Shown: positions 1-13,332 of the stretch, piece by piece
Layout of the letters: each line of letters opens with the position of its first letter
Position numbering within the stretch: the stretch's first letter is position 1
From: Octopus vulgaris
Lineage: Eukaryota
Direction: 5' to 3'
DNA length: 64,000 nt
NCBI GenBank assembly: GCA_951406725.2
Contig: OX597815.1
Coordinates: forward strand, 104,904,001-104,968,000
Notes under the pieces: model-generated
Told to the model about the DNA's origin: nothing
The model's database searches: none
What the model saw: only the letters and a program-made list of their open reading frames with translations
Program-made: the position numbers and the translations under genes

Positions 1-987
1 CTTCAGATGTCTACTTAGATAAACATGACATACCGCAAAATTATAAAGTGCCATATAACTACCAGAATGATGTAATTGTATCCTATAAAATACACACACG
101 TATACACACATGCACACACACACATATATACGAATTCATATACATACATTCAGAGTTACACCATGCGCGTGCGCACACACGCACACCCACACACACTCAT
201 ACAAGGGCACAGATAATGTTAATGTAATTTGGATGCTCATATGCGAATATTTATGGCTTATCAAATTTATGCTAATTAGTCAATAGCAATTCATATTTAA
301 TCATGCATCGTCAGTGAAACTCAGATGCAAAGCACTCAATACATTTCATAGAGTATATTTGAATGTAAGCAGATAGTGACTGAAACGGCGTAGATTGGTG
401 TCTACACACATATACACATATACACAAGCACACACACATACACACACATGAAAGGCAATATTAAGATACCCCCTACAAAAGAGAAAATATATTGTTGGAT
501 AAAGTGCAACGTAAAAAAGTGGGACACACACGCACACGCACATGCACGCACGCGTGTGTACGCACATGCGCAGACGTATACAGTCTGGAAAAAATCCCCA
601 GCCTTGGTTTACTTAATACATACCCAGGTTTATAGAAACGGGAAATTGATGGTGTAATTATTTAAATAGAAACAGTTGCATTTCAAGAGGTGGCGGTAAG
701 AATCAAAGTAAAATAGAGAGATGTAAAAGCACAGAGTATCCACGAAATCACATATGTATACTTATAACCGCACATGCCCCCTCGTGTTTGTGTGTGTATA
801 AGCGTACCTATATGTCAGTACACGTTGTTTGTGTTAGCATTTTACACACATGGGCGCGCAAACGCACGCACACACGCATCAAATATACAGCAAGAGAAAA
901 AAGGATAGACAGTGGAGAGAGAGGGAAAAGTACATATTTGCATACTCATTTCCGTATAAATATGGACACATATATATTCTTACACTG

Positions 988-990
<3 letters not shown>

Positions 991-1035
<45 letters not shown>
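991..1035. repeat. (CA)n microsatellite, representative of the CA/TA/TG-rich first kb
   Basis: Direct read; produces the spurious HT/CV-repeat ORFs. Confidence 0.95.
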
Positions 1036-1037
<2 letters not shown>

Positions 1038-1077
1038 ATGCGTGTGTGAGTGCTTAACAGCATTTCATCTGTCTTTA

Positions 1078-1232
1078 TGTTCCGATTTCAAATCCCACCG
1101 TTGTTAATTTTGCCTTTCATCCTTTTGGCATCGATAAAACAAATACCAGTCAAGTATTAGGGTTGATATAATTGGCTTCACCCTCCCTTCAAAAATTGCT
1201 GGTCTTGTGCCAAAAATTTGGAACCATTATTA
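1078..1232 (+). mobile_element. Decayed 3' part of SINE family A
   Basis: ttcaaatcccacc...tttgcctttcatcctttt...gataaaacaaataccagtcaagtattagggttgat is similar to the SINE body at 28250-28340 and 28430-28520. Confidence 0.65.
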
Positions 1233-1520
1233 CAAACTTCCAAAGTAACAGTAGTAACACTTAAATCCATAATCTGGACACTGTACTCATTCTTTTATTC
1301 ATAGTTGGATTTAATTGTTACAAAAATTCATCACCTAAACGATGTAGTATTCTGAAGCAACTTTTGTTTGAGCTCACAAAAACATCTTTCCCTTTGTATT
1401 TTGGGTAATTCATACATTAAATAGAAACAGAGATTACAGCTGGCAACTTTGCGTAAAATAATGTGAGTAAATATTTACCGAAAATTTGTCCAGAAGCCAA
1501 GAATTTGTGTTACATATACT

Positions 1521-2285
1521 GTGGTTGAGGATTGTTCTAACTTAGTTATATAAATTTTCCTGAATAACATTTGCGAATTTGTGTATAATAATGTAGATTC
1601 CCAATTGTAATGGCTACAACTTTTGATTGTTTTTGTTCTATATCAGGTAATATATTTTATAACAAGATATATACATACATATTTAGTATGTGTATTCGGG
1701 TTGTTAAATAATTATTGATAAATAACCGTATTTGGTGGGCTGCTTATTGCATTCATAATCATCATACTAGTAGTTATATCATTTTTCCATATTTTTTTTA
1801 TTTACTCAGTATATTTGCAGCAAGAAGTTCTTATTGCATAAAATATGCTACATAATATGAAATAAATGAATAAAAAGAATTATCACAAAACTAAATGGTA
1901 TAGTTTCGAGTAGCTTCTGAGGCAGATCAGTGAGAAAACGCAGAGGGTAATAGAGCATCTCACCTACATGAATTACAAGGCTCCGCGTGGACTTCAGGAT
2001 GGCTCTGCCTGGGTTCATTTCGCAAACTTTATATAACCACAACAGAGTTTTTCCTAGAAAGTTCGATCGAATTATTTGGCAGAAAGATTCAGGTCAGTCG
2101 GTTAAACACCAGCCGATCTGAATGGTGGAGCCAAGTTCGTGCAGGAGTTAATGATTTTTACGGTAACACAATTTTACATAACTGATTTTATCCTTCATGG
2201 CAGTATGGTAGGTCGTGACCCAGGAACTCATGAACCTCAGCGCAATGATTCAAAATTCAGCAGGAACCCGCTATACATACATACA

Positions 2286-2316
<31 letters not shown>

Positions 2317-2936
2317 CCATATAAATATATACGTGTGCGTGTGTATGTGTGTGTACGTGCATGTAGATATTATGAGTGTGTATGTATGTATGCGTGTAGT
2401 TAGGTAGGTGTATATATGCATATACATATGTATATGTATTGATGGTATACTTTTTAATAAGAATTTAAATCTCACTGTGCAAAATAGACACGAAGCTTAT
2501 AAGTCCTCTCCGAGGATAGCAAATATTGAAATGTCCTGATTAATCTCTAGTCTACCTGTAATATCATCAGAGAGTTTAGCTTATATTTATTTACATTGCA
2601 AACTAGAACAACTAAGGTTAATCAGTTAAATAACTATAGCAATGTATACACTGACAACGTCGACTAATTAATGCAGAATTCATTACAGAGCATTTTTGGT
2701 TAATTTGATTTAGATACCTGTTTTAAATAAATATACAAATGTATTTTCATTGTGAAGAGTATAGAAAGTAGTGAAAAAATAGTTTGTGGGCCTGCGGGGA
2801 GGAAAAACTCGGTTGATATACTTAGTTTCTAGTTTTCTTGTAACTATTATAATTGGGAATCTACATTATTATACACAAATTCGCAAATATTATTCAGGAA
2901 AATTTATATAACTAAGTTAGAACAATCCTCAACCAC
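1521..2936. repeat. 99-bp inverted repeat pair (1521-1619 / 2838-2936)
   Basis: Reverse complement of 2838-2936 matches 1521-1619 with 4 transition mismatches. Confidence 0.9.
1900..2274 (+). mobile_element. Possible highly decayed Tc1/mariner-type DDE fragment
   Basis: LQDGSAWVH (~1992-2018) resembles QDGAPAH and PADLN (~2109-2123) resembles SPDLNP; frames broken. Confidence 0.25.
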
Positions 2937-3567
2937 TTTCTATTTACAAATGAAAATGTTAAATAATGGCTCATTAAAAATAGAAAGTATGAATGCGATT
3001 CCAAAAACTGTGGAATACAGATAACTGGTTATAACTAAGAAGAGATTACCAAAGATCCTACAGTAACAAATTATTGGAAAAGAATTCTCTGTAGTATCCA
3101 ATACGCTTCAACCATATCTACTGACATTGGAATGGTACTGGGTCGGAATTATAGCAAAATTATGTGCTTCACATAGCCTATATTAAAAAGGGCGACGTTG
3201 CCATAAAAAAAGCAAAAAGGTTACAAACAGGATGTTGGCAGTGACGTGTAAAAAGGGGTGATTAGAGGGTTCGGCGACGGCACCGGGCATCTATTTCAAG
3301 GTGACAATTAAACAAAGTGTGAAATAGAAATAATTCTGATAACTTCCTTGTCGAAGATGCTCTGCAGTCTCTCAGGCAGGTGTTAATGTAGATTCCTCAT
3401 TTAATGAGTGAGACCAATGTAAAAACATTCGTTAGGTATAAATTCTGATAGTCTTAACGATTCTAATTAGTTTTCGTGTTTACGTAATGCAAAATGAATG
3501 AAACAAACTGTAAGTCTGTTCGACATAAAATGTATTTACAGGGTTATAGTAGGCTAAGTACATAAAG

Positions 3568-3865
3568 GTTTAGTGGTTAGGATATTGGGATAACGATCGT
3601 AAGGTCGGGTGTTCGATTCCCGGCAGGGCAGTGTGCCCTTGAGCAAGGCACTTTATTTCACGCTGCTTCAGTCCACTCAGCTGGCAAAAATGAGTAGTAC
3701 CTGTATTTCAAAATGGCCAATACTACCTATATTTCAAAGTCACATTATGTATCGCACTGATTTTCCTGAGAGTATGTGTGTCTGTGGAGTGCTCGACACT
3801 TACACGTTAATTGCACGAGCTGGCTGTTCTGGAACCCACACCATAATAACCGATAGAGTGCCAGT
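3568..3865 (+). mobile_element. tRNA-derived SINE, family B
   Basis: A box (ggtttagtgg), B box (gttcgattcc), CORE-like gtgcccttgagcaaggcacttt; homologous copy at 4705-4945. Confidence 0.85.
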
Positions 3866-4704
3866 TTTTTTTATAATTTTTATTTTTATTAAGCTGAATA
3901 GTGCGGAAGATGCACGTAACGCGTACATAAATATATGTATATACATATACAGAGAATAAAGTAATGATATGTTATACCTGCGGTTTTATGTATTACTTTT
4001 CATGTTTAATGTGATATCTACAGTAATATCGTTGCCTGCACAAATAATTGAATAATTTATCATATTTACATCTCAGATGGAGAAGGTAACCAGATGGAAC
4101 ACGCAATAAGACAAAAGAGAAAGCTAGAAACGACGAGTACCGGGAAAGATGGCTATTAGATGTATGGATAGAAAGAAGTAGAGGAAGTAGGGAGAGTAGA
4201 TGAGGTGAGTGCAGTGGAGGAGTTTCTTCTGATATGAAATCAGAATATAATGCTGCGTCTCATCAGTTTTCTTACACTTCTTATCAGGATGACAATTCGG
4301 GTGAAGCAGACAGAGAAGATTTTAAGCTACTTTTGAAAAAGAGAAAAAAGAAAACAAGTTTGGATATTTGAAGAAACATCTTTCAGATAATTTGATAATG
4401 ACAGTAGTACAACATGCCCCAGAAAGATGTCAAAATGCGGCCCAAAGTGCAGGAAGAAATTTTAAAATACTGGGTATAATATTTACAGTTTTACGTACAT
4501 CACAATGAAAACTAGTACTTGCTGAAATAAGTAATTAGCTTTACAAGTGATAGCACACGCGTTACTTTTAACTGATCTGTAATTTCGATTTCTTAATAGA
4601 TAATGACAGCAGAAAAAGCTGGATTTTGGTTAAATAACTTCTTGGTGCACAGACGATATTTTGGTTCCCAGCTAGTTTTTTTTATCTTTTAATAGGTAGA
4701 CTAC

Positions 4705-4945
4705 ATGGCTTAGCGGTTACGGTATTCGACTCACGATCGTAAAGTCGGGAGTTTGATTACCCCGCTGTGTCGTTGAGCAAGACACTTTATTTCACATTAT
4801 TCCAGTCCACTCAGCTGGCAAAAATGATTAGTACTTGTATTGTTAATGGTGCGCGTGTCTGTGGAGTTCTCAACCACTCGTACGTTGATATCATGAGCAG
4901 GCTGATTTGTTGATCGGATCAACTGGAGCCCTCATCGTTGTATTT
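4705..4945 (+). mobile_element. tRNA-derived SINE, family B
   Basis: tggcttagcggtta A box, gtttgattacc B box, ttgagcaagacactttatttcac...cagtccactcagctggcaaaaatga shared with the 3568 copy. Confidence 0.85.
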
Positions 4946-5029
4946 AGACGTTACGGTGATATGTAGTAATGAAAGTTTTGTAACTGAAGTGTATAATAAA
5001 ACAGAGTTTTAATTGTTAAGTGACAGCAG

Positions 5030-6425
5030 TGCCATTCGGACCCTGCTGTTTAGAAGGGTCCGAATCAAGTGAGTCTTTAAGGATCCTTGCCCTCTTATAT
5101 AAAACCCCAGTTTCTCCTTAAGGGGCCACACGTGGCTGGCTAAGAACGTAACCTAACATCTTTCTGGAATCCTAAAAGAGGACCTATGGTTGTACAGGCG
5201 TCGCTTAAAATCAGTTCCAGCTGAACCAATGTTTCTCCGAACTTGAGTGCTAGTTGTATTATTGCCTCTGGTGCTCCTCCCGTTGGACCTGAGCCCGATG
5301 TTGCTGTTGCTGTTGGCACTGCCGTTGGTGAAGCTAATGTCGGTGACGTCGGTGCTGTTATTACATGACGTGGTTCCGGTGATACCGCTTTTGCTGCTGC
5401 AGGCGTAGTAGTCATCTCCAGCCGCAGTATTGGTGTTACTGCTGCTTTTCGAGGGGGTGTTGTGGCTCTCGTCGGTGTTGTTATTCCTGGATGTGGGAAC
5501 GGCAGTTGTGTTGGTGCTGACGCGGCCGCCATCTCCGGCCGTAGTGCTGGTGTTGATGCTGCGATAGCAGTTGTCTTGTTCCTGTTGGTGTCTCGGCCGC
5601 TTAATACGTTGCTGCATTATTATTCTCGTTGTTAAGGCCGGAAACCACCACAGACTCATATACAACCTCCTCAGCCTCGTATTGGCCTCCACACTGGGCA
5701 GTCATTACACTTTCTGCATGAGCAACTGGCCTCTGCTCGCGTTTCAAGTGTGTTCACTAATATTATTCTAATGTTGGTCGCGCAACTAAAGGTTGTCCTT
5801 AGGTTGTACCTATTGAACAAACGTTCATACCCGTGTCTGCATGAAGTGCTTGTCTACTAACCTAAGAAATATCCTTCCCACTCATGTTTTAACGTTGTGG
5901 GAGAAGGGTGAGGCAAAACAAACGACCTTCCAGTGGTGTTTCCTTTTGCTGGTGCTAGGATCGGCATATAGGAGATGCGGGTCCTTAAAACCACTGGATG
6001 CCAGGGCTTCGTTGTAATAGGGGACCCACAAGATTGAACATTTCTTGATTCGAAGACAGATTTGAGATTCCTGAACCTAGTAGGTGGATGGCAAGAGGTT
6101 GTGTCGACGTAGAACAGCCTTTCGTTTGGTTTGCGGCAGGGCCTGCATGAACCGGTGCCCAAGATTAGCGTGACGCTCAGAAAGTTTACGAGAGTGAGGT
6201 TGGTATTGATTGTTTTTGTGAATCTCGTGGAGCTTCTTAAGGTCCTTCCTAAGTCTATAGAGAGTTTGCCCATTGCCTCCTCTAGAAATTGTCAGACCGT
6301 CATCTCTGTAGTGACCAAAGAGCGCTGAAGAGAGCTTCTTCCTTCTTCCCTAAGGTGTCCCAGATATGTAGACCAATAAAGTCGCAAATGTCGGCATTGT
6401 CGCCACATCGAAGGAGATCGTGGGA
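5030..6425 (-). mobile_element. Penelope-like retroelement, 5'-truncated and decayed (RT C-half plus GIY-YIG endonuclease)
   Basis: Minus-strand translation across frameshifts: DICDFIGLHI, GHYRDDGL (YRDD at 6299-6310), VNFLSVTLILGTGSCRPCRKPNERLFYVDTTSCHPP, PFSHNVKT*VGRIFLRLVDKHF, CPV-GGQYEAEEVVYES, NIGSAGTDFKRRLYNHRSSFR, LASHVWPLKE; all match Penelope-type RT, linker and GIY-YIG motifs. Confidence 0.9.
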
Positions 6426-6439
6426 TCGGTTATACAAAC

Positions 6440-6473
6440 ATACACACACACATATACATACATAGATATATAG

Positions 6474-6553
<80 letters not shown>

Positions 6554-6645
6554 CTACACACACACTAACATACATACATACATTCACACACACTAACACA
6601 CATATATATATATATGTGTGTGTGTGTATATATATATATATATAA
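6440..6645. repeat. Compound (TA)n/(CA)n microsatellite at the Penelope 5' junction
   Basis: Direct read. Confidence 0.95.
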
Positions 6646-9349
6646 TGGCAGTTGAATCATAGAGGAAACAATAACCTTTGTAGTATAGACGCACAATGTG
6701 AGAGAGGGGAAAAGAGAAGTGGGACAGAGAAGGAAGTAGAAAATTAATTTGAAATATTAGAGAAAAATGCGTTATATGTACGCTAAAGTTAGTTTGTAAG
6801 AGTAGTGAAAGAACAGACAGAAAGAATATGAAAGAGAAAGGAAGATGGTGAAGGAAGACTCAAGAATGTGAACATAAAAGAAGTAAGAAAACTGTTAAGA
6901 AATGTAGAGCAAGAAAGGGCGTAGAGGTTGAGAGAGAGAGAGAGAGAATGAAGAAATGTAAGAAGAGAAGGAAGACGGATACAAAAATAAGAGACAGTGA
7001 GAAGTGAGACAAGTGTCTCTTGAATTATATCGGTTCTGTGAGAGGGAAAATAAAAGACAATAAAACTGATTTAAAGTAAACAAAAGAAAGGAAAAGATTG
7101 AGAAATAGAAAGAAAGAATAGCAGAGTTTATTGGAAGCTGAACGAAAGATTGATATGAGATTGTGAGATGCTGCATAAATTTGGATGGTTTGACATTTGC
7201 ATACTGTGCAAAATCTGTTAAACTGAATTCTAGCTTTTCAAAAGTAAATGTTGCTGAAAATTACAGTCAGAATATGTTTGGGTTTCATTAATGATAGTTG
7301 TTATTGTTTTTCCTGAGTGCAACCCTGTACTAGCAGATCTATAAAAAAAGAATAACGTTGCAGACGTTACTCTAGTCTTGTTTCCAGAATATCTTACCTA
7401 ATTTATGTATATCTTTTTATGACTGTAGGGTTCGTGATTAAAGATATTTAATATCGGCTCGTTAGTTATATTGATTCAATTAGATGGACACCTAATTATA
7501 TTTCATATATGTAGGACTCTGACAAATCATTATTAATTAAAGTGATTCTCATACAGCTATAATTGCACAACAATTTGTTTTAGAAGATATGTGTTTCGAG
7601 GCCCACCACATGATCGCTCAACCTACTAAGAATAGCAGCAACACTCGCCCCAAATTACATTCTATAGTCATTAAAAAGTAAGGACGCGTTGAATAAAGTA
7701 GTCCCAGATAAACTATCGATAGTAAAGCTTCAAACACATTTGATTATTGATCTACCTTTTCCAGAAAACCTACAGCTAAATAGCATTAAAAAAATATCAA
7801 TAAGAAGATTTCGTCCATTTCCTTAAGAGAAACTCCCAACTTGCTAAAGATGGCAATCAAAACTCTTAGAATACTAATTTACTGTCTTAAGAAATGTACA
7901 CTAATTAAAAATAAGATGTGATGATCGGGACTTTGGTCTAATGCCTACTTTTCCGTGCTAGGCTGAGGCTAAACAGCAATAACAAAGACTGGTACTATTT
8001 AGTTTACCGTTACAAAAGGTTGAAGACGATTCTGGCACGTAGCTCATGCATAATATGAGATAGCATAACAAGCCACAGTTATTTGCAAATTATCTTTCGA
8101 TAACCATCTATGATTTCAGTATATTGTAATGTTTTAATTCATATTTCAATTTACAAAAAACAATTTATTTGCGCAAATTATTTTGTTACAAATTCTACGG
8201 ATAAAAAGATTTATCTTTTTATTTTGCTTAATATATTAGTAAATAAATTTAGCTTTGCCACTCAAGATGAACTGTTGCGGATTTGAACATATAATATAGC
8301 TGTGCAAAACTACATATTGATGCGCGTTTATATATGAATAAATGTTTCTAAACATTTATTTCTAATCGGTACATCACATTATTGGAACGGGAATAGTCGA
8401 GTTGAATCTATGTGGCTACATCAGCAATAGTTTATCACCATCTAAAAGATGAAAAGCAAAGTTGATTCGGTGTGAGTTGAACTCAGAACGAAATAAGCCA
8501 TAACTTTTATACTACATCGTATTTTGTTCGACATAATGGTTTCTAATACTAGCACAATACCACCATGTTGAGTCATAGAAAAGATTCCTGGATATTACTG
8601 CTATTGGAAGCCAAATCCAAAAAACAAAACCTGCTAGAAATATCATTCACCCTTGAGCCATATCCTACGTTTTAAAAATGGAATGACAAATTGAAAATAT
8701 AACCTTAGGTATAGCATTACAATATGCTCGTAAACAAGAACATTTTCGATCATATGTGTTATAATTGGAATGCTAACAGCTGGAACATTTTTGATCATAT
8801 GTGTACAAGATCGAGTCTGACTTGGTATTAAATTATAAAATCACAGCTGCAACAAAATGTTAAGTCTAACAATAATTCAATAATTCTTACAGTTTTACAA
8901 GCTCTTATAGTTTTGTCCTTTAGTTGTTACTTTTGGGGAGAATTAACTAACAATTTTAGAAAGAGAAAGTACATTCAGAAAAATAGCTTCAGAAAAGTCA
9001 GGCATTTCTAGTTTCCTAACATACGACTATCATAATTTTTTTTTACTAAATATACGCTAGTGCAATGTAATTAAATTGAATTAGTATGCACATAGCAAAT
9101 TTCTCTGAAGCATTAAATGTTGTAAGTATGTAGGCCCAACCTTAGTCGTGAGATTACAGACATCATGGGAACGTCTTGGGGTAAGTATCTCGTAATGGAA
9201 AATGAGATTGAGCAAAGCCCTCCGCAGCATGCGCGCGTTCGCGGTTGTGCTTTTGTGTCTGCATATACATATACGGAGAGAGGGGCGTATTGTACACCAA
9301 TATTTAAATTATCAAAATATATGCAATCAGCTTATTTCACTTACATACG

Positions 9350-9351
9350 CG

Positions 9352-9437
<86 letters not shown>

Positions 9438-9452
9438 TATATATATATATAT
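9350..9452. repeat. (CA)n(TA)n microsatellite
   Basis: Direct read. Confidence 0.95.
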
Positions 9453-10137
9453 TAGAAGGTTTGGAGATGATGTGCAGGTATTATATATTAGAAGAAATAA
9501 GGTACTCAGAAATCTGGATGGTTTTATATTTACAGATTTTTATTTGTGTCACATGTTTTTATGAATCATATATTAGCGCTTGCATCCACTCTAGTGGATT
9601 CTTTAGATTGAATGTTTTGAGGAGATTCGTCTCTTTTTATAGTATTATTGAGTGTGTAGGGGTGGCTAGAGAGATATAGGATAGTAAAAGAGGGTGAGGA
9701 ATGGGCAGAAAGTGGGAGAGAGAGAGTGCGTGCGTGTGCATATGTGTGCCTTTGTATCTGAAGGAGGTGTCAAGGGGAAAGAGAAGGAAAGGAAGGAGGA
9801 AGAGAGAAAGCAGAAAATGTGTTTACTTCTATACATCTGGTCAGTTCTTTCAATAGAAAGTGATTATTGGCATTTAGAAATGGCAAAACCAGGTGGGTCC
9901 TCCAAGAAGATTCTTGTTTTGATATAATTCATCTTTCAAAAAATTGTATGGATTTCTTATCATCATTGTCCAGTGAGAGAGATGGTCTGTTTTTTGTGTG
10001 TATGTGTGCCTGTGTGTGTAGGTGCCTGTGTATCTAAAAGTAGTGTCAATGGAAAAGAGAAGGAAAGAAAGACTTGGTGCTGGTGATAGTAGTGGTGATG
10101 TCCTACGTGATGGTGGTGATCGTCGTGGACATGTTGA

Positions 10138-10258
10138 TGAAGAGGAAGAAGAAGAAGGAGGAGGAGGAGAAGAAGAAGGAGAAGGAGGAGAAGAAGAAGA
10201 AGAAGAAGAAGAAGAAGAAGAAGAAGAAGAAGAAGAAGAAGAAGAAGAAGAAGAAAAA
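10138..10258. repeat. (GAA/GGA)n polypurine tract
   Basis: Direct read; source of the poly-E, poly-K and poly-L ORFs. Confidence 0.95.
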
Positions 10259-10449
10259 GAAACTTCTTGTGAATATATATATATATATTCACAAAAAGCT
10301 TCGATATTTCAAGAGCTCTATAAACGATACTGAATTCAAGTTCTCGTCGACTTCCTTTTCTCTTTGAAGAACAATCAGTTTACTTATTATCTGTCATATT
10401 ACATGCCATATACTTACACCTTAATTAACTGCTTATGTTAGTATGATAG

Positions 10450-10885
10450 GCTCTCAGCTCTACCGAACAAGTATAATCACTCGGTGAAATGTTATATCTA
10501 AAGTATCTGCGAATCCTGTTCTCACCATCAAAGCTTTATCACGTAAATTATTTGACATATATAATTAATATCTGTCCTTGCAAATGAGGAAGTTTCTACA
10601 TAATGCCTGATGACGATTATGAATATAAGGAGTAGTGTTTGCATAACAGTGTGACCTTATTTTCAGTACTTCAGTGTAGAATGTCAAGAGACATTGATGA
10701 AGTGTTTATGTGCCCCAATGGATGTTTACTTTGCAACCTTTGTAATGTTTCTTTCAAAACAACATTCATATCGTCTTCAAGTAGAAGTCGTCCAGTCGAG
10801 AGGTTTTCAGAAATCATCTTTATTTGTTGAAAATGTTTAAATAAACGATTTATGACACTTGAAAGGAAGGGATTATCATGTATTC
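10450..10885 (-). mobile_element. Decayed Tc1/mariner-superfamily transposase N-terminus (HTH)
   Basis: Minus strand SVINRLFKHFQQIKMISENLSTGRLLLEDD resembles the RLxxxFxxTGSVxxxxRSGRP motif; downstream TPYIHNRHQAL resembles PYkxxxxQxL. Confidence 0.4.
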
Positions 10886-12502
10886 AGTGGTTCTTCTCAT
10901 ACTTAAATATACATATTCCTGATATAACACTTCCAGCATTAAGAATGCGCATTTGAACAAAGTGCTTATTATTTATATAAGTTTCTAACATCCTCTGGAA
11001 CAAATCAGTAAACTCTTCATATATATATATAAAGCTTACAATATGCTTCATACAACAATAGCTGGAGTTAGTGAAATGGTAAAATAATAACATTTAGGAG
11101 TGAAACAAAACTTAAACAGCAGTTATAATGATTAACATACAAAGAAATACTATATTGATATACATGGATTTCTGTTTATTATATATGGCTCTGTGAATGT
11201 CATATGATCATATGAATATGTTTTCCATCACATTTTAAATTGGAATAGACAACATACTCACAACTACCTCACATTTTTGCAACTTAATGTTGCAATTATC
11301 TCAAGCACATAGGCACGTGCGCGGTCACACATAGAGACGTGCACGCACAGAAAGTCTCACAAGTACATACAAAGTCGCAAATACACTAAAATGCGTAGGT
11401 AACACTCGAAATCGGATCACTCAAATCCATACTGTCATAAATAAAATGTTCGGCAACGCTGAGCAAGAAATAATAAACAAAAACTCCTATAAAACCGTTA
11501 AACATGAAAAAGTCATGATGCAGTTACAAAAATGTAACTTAACGAGTTAAAGTAAAAATTGAACAATAAACACAGAAAATTGCGAAGTAACAATGAGTGT
11601 GTCATAAATTAGACAGTATTATTGATTTCAACATTCGAATCACAAGCCAGTAAAATATAAAATAATGTTAAGTCTAGCAGTGCAAACAATGAACAAGCAA
11701 CGAAATTAGAGAAATTTCAGTAAAGAAAAATCAGAAACCAAGTCAAACGAACTAGAAACTTTCTAAAACATTCTACTTGACTATCATTTTGCTAAACACA
11801 GGCATACATACACACGAACCTATAAAATACACACACACACACATTCACAAACACCTATAAACATAGATAGATAAGTAGATATAAACACACCAGAAGAACC
11901 CAACCCGACGTGTAGTTTCGCCTAAATTCTGCAATACACAACTCACACGCACACACAGAAGTCACACACGCTCACACACAGGCAAGTTAAACACACTCAC
12001 ACACGTGTATGTGTGTGTGTGTGTTTGTGGGCGTGTTTATATTTCGTCGTTTTGTATTTATAGGACTTCATGTGCCTATGTCTCTATTTTTAATTTATGA
12101 AGTTAGGCTTGAGGACTTTTGTCAGAGGACTTTTATCATTGTCCTAAAACAAGATTGGTGGATGACATTTAGTCCCAGATCAGCTGTTATCGTACTAACC
12201 TAGGACAGAATGCGCTCCACTTGCACGAAAACGTATATTTATATAATAGAAACTTCATTTAATATTCTTTTATTTAAGATGGTCGTGTGCAATTTGATAA
12301 ACAGTACACAATTTTATCCAACACGCAACGACGCCTTCAAGGCACTTGTCGAATTGGGGAATATACTTATGCCATCTTACTTGAATTATCATCATTGTAA
12401 TAGAAATAAATGCGTTTGTACGCAACCGCACACGTATATTTATGTATATACATACACGCACACATACATGTACATACACGCATACAAACATATCTATCTA
12501 TC

Positions 12503-12555
<53 letters not shown>

Positions 12556-12586
12556 ATATATGCGTACATATACATATATATATACC

Positions 12587-12755
12587 GGAGTAAACACATA
12601 AATGTGAAACAAGGTGGAAAAAAGAGTACTCTAATACCAGTGGTAGAGTAATATGCTTTATTTTAAGCAGCAGAAAATTCAACAAAATCTGTTACTCTAG
12701 CAACGAGAAACTCAGAGTAACAGATTTTGTTGAATTTTCTGCTGCTTAAAATATA
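12587..12755. mobile_element. Penelope pLTR-like fragment in (TA)n with perfect 40-bp palindrome
   Basis: 12659-12698 is the exact reverse complement of 12714-12753 (15-nt spacer); centre contains GAAA-CTCAGAG-TA, the 3' half of a hammerhead; flanked by (TA)n. Confidence 0.65.
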
Positions 12756-12791
<36 letters not shown>

Positions 12792-12951
12792 ATATATACA
12801 TGTATATATGCGTACATGTATATATATATATATATATATATTTATGTATTCATATATATATGTATATATATATGTATACATACATATATATACATATATA
12901 CATATGTATATATATCTGTATACATACATATATATATGTATATATATGTAC

Positions 12952-12999
<48 letters not shown>

Positions 13000-13081
13000 A
13001 ATTGTAAAACAGGACGTCAAACATTAAGGCGAGGCAAACATCTCAAGTCATATACAATATTATTACAGGAAGAAATTCAAA

Positions 13082-13138
13082 ATCTTACAGCTGTTTCTGG
13101 GATATCCTAGAGTACGTGATTTTCCGTCAACAGAGAGA
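13082..13138 (-). ncRNA. Hammerhead-ribozyme-like motif (variant or decayed)
   Basis: Minus strand tct-CTGTTGA-cggaaaatc...gatatccca-GAAA-cagctg-TA-aga; palindromic stem III ACAGCTGT; core position 6 is U. Confidence 0.55.
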
Positions 13139-13332
13139 AATTAGGTGGGTGGGGATATGGAAAATGGGAATGGTATACATGAATAAGATGATAACATAGA
13201 GGAAAGGAGTAAAAGAATAAGGAGATGGAAATAGAGAAGAAGAAAGAGGCATAAAAATTTATAGTTCAACTTTCCGAAGAAACCAAAATCACACGCACAA
13301 ACACAACTAGAAAACCACACACAAACAGCTCC

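Noticed and set aside
346-1107. ORFs rich in HT/CV/YI repeats, and the many similar ones across the window
   Set aside because: Read-through of dinucleotide and tetranucleotide microsatellites; no coding signal
5140-5692. Mucin-like or low-complexity host protein ORFs
   Set aside because: They lie within a Penelope element; the 179-aa ORF ends in the GIY-YIG nuclease motif
9963-10367. Poly-E, poly-K and poly-L ORFs
   Set aside because: Translations of a (GAA)n tract
10664-10858. Apparent minus-strand terminal exon with acceptor ccttcctttcaag
   Set aside because: The peptide resembles a Tc1/mariner HTH region, so a transposon relic is more likely
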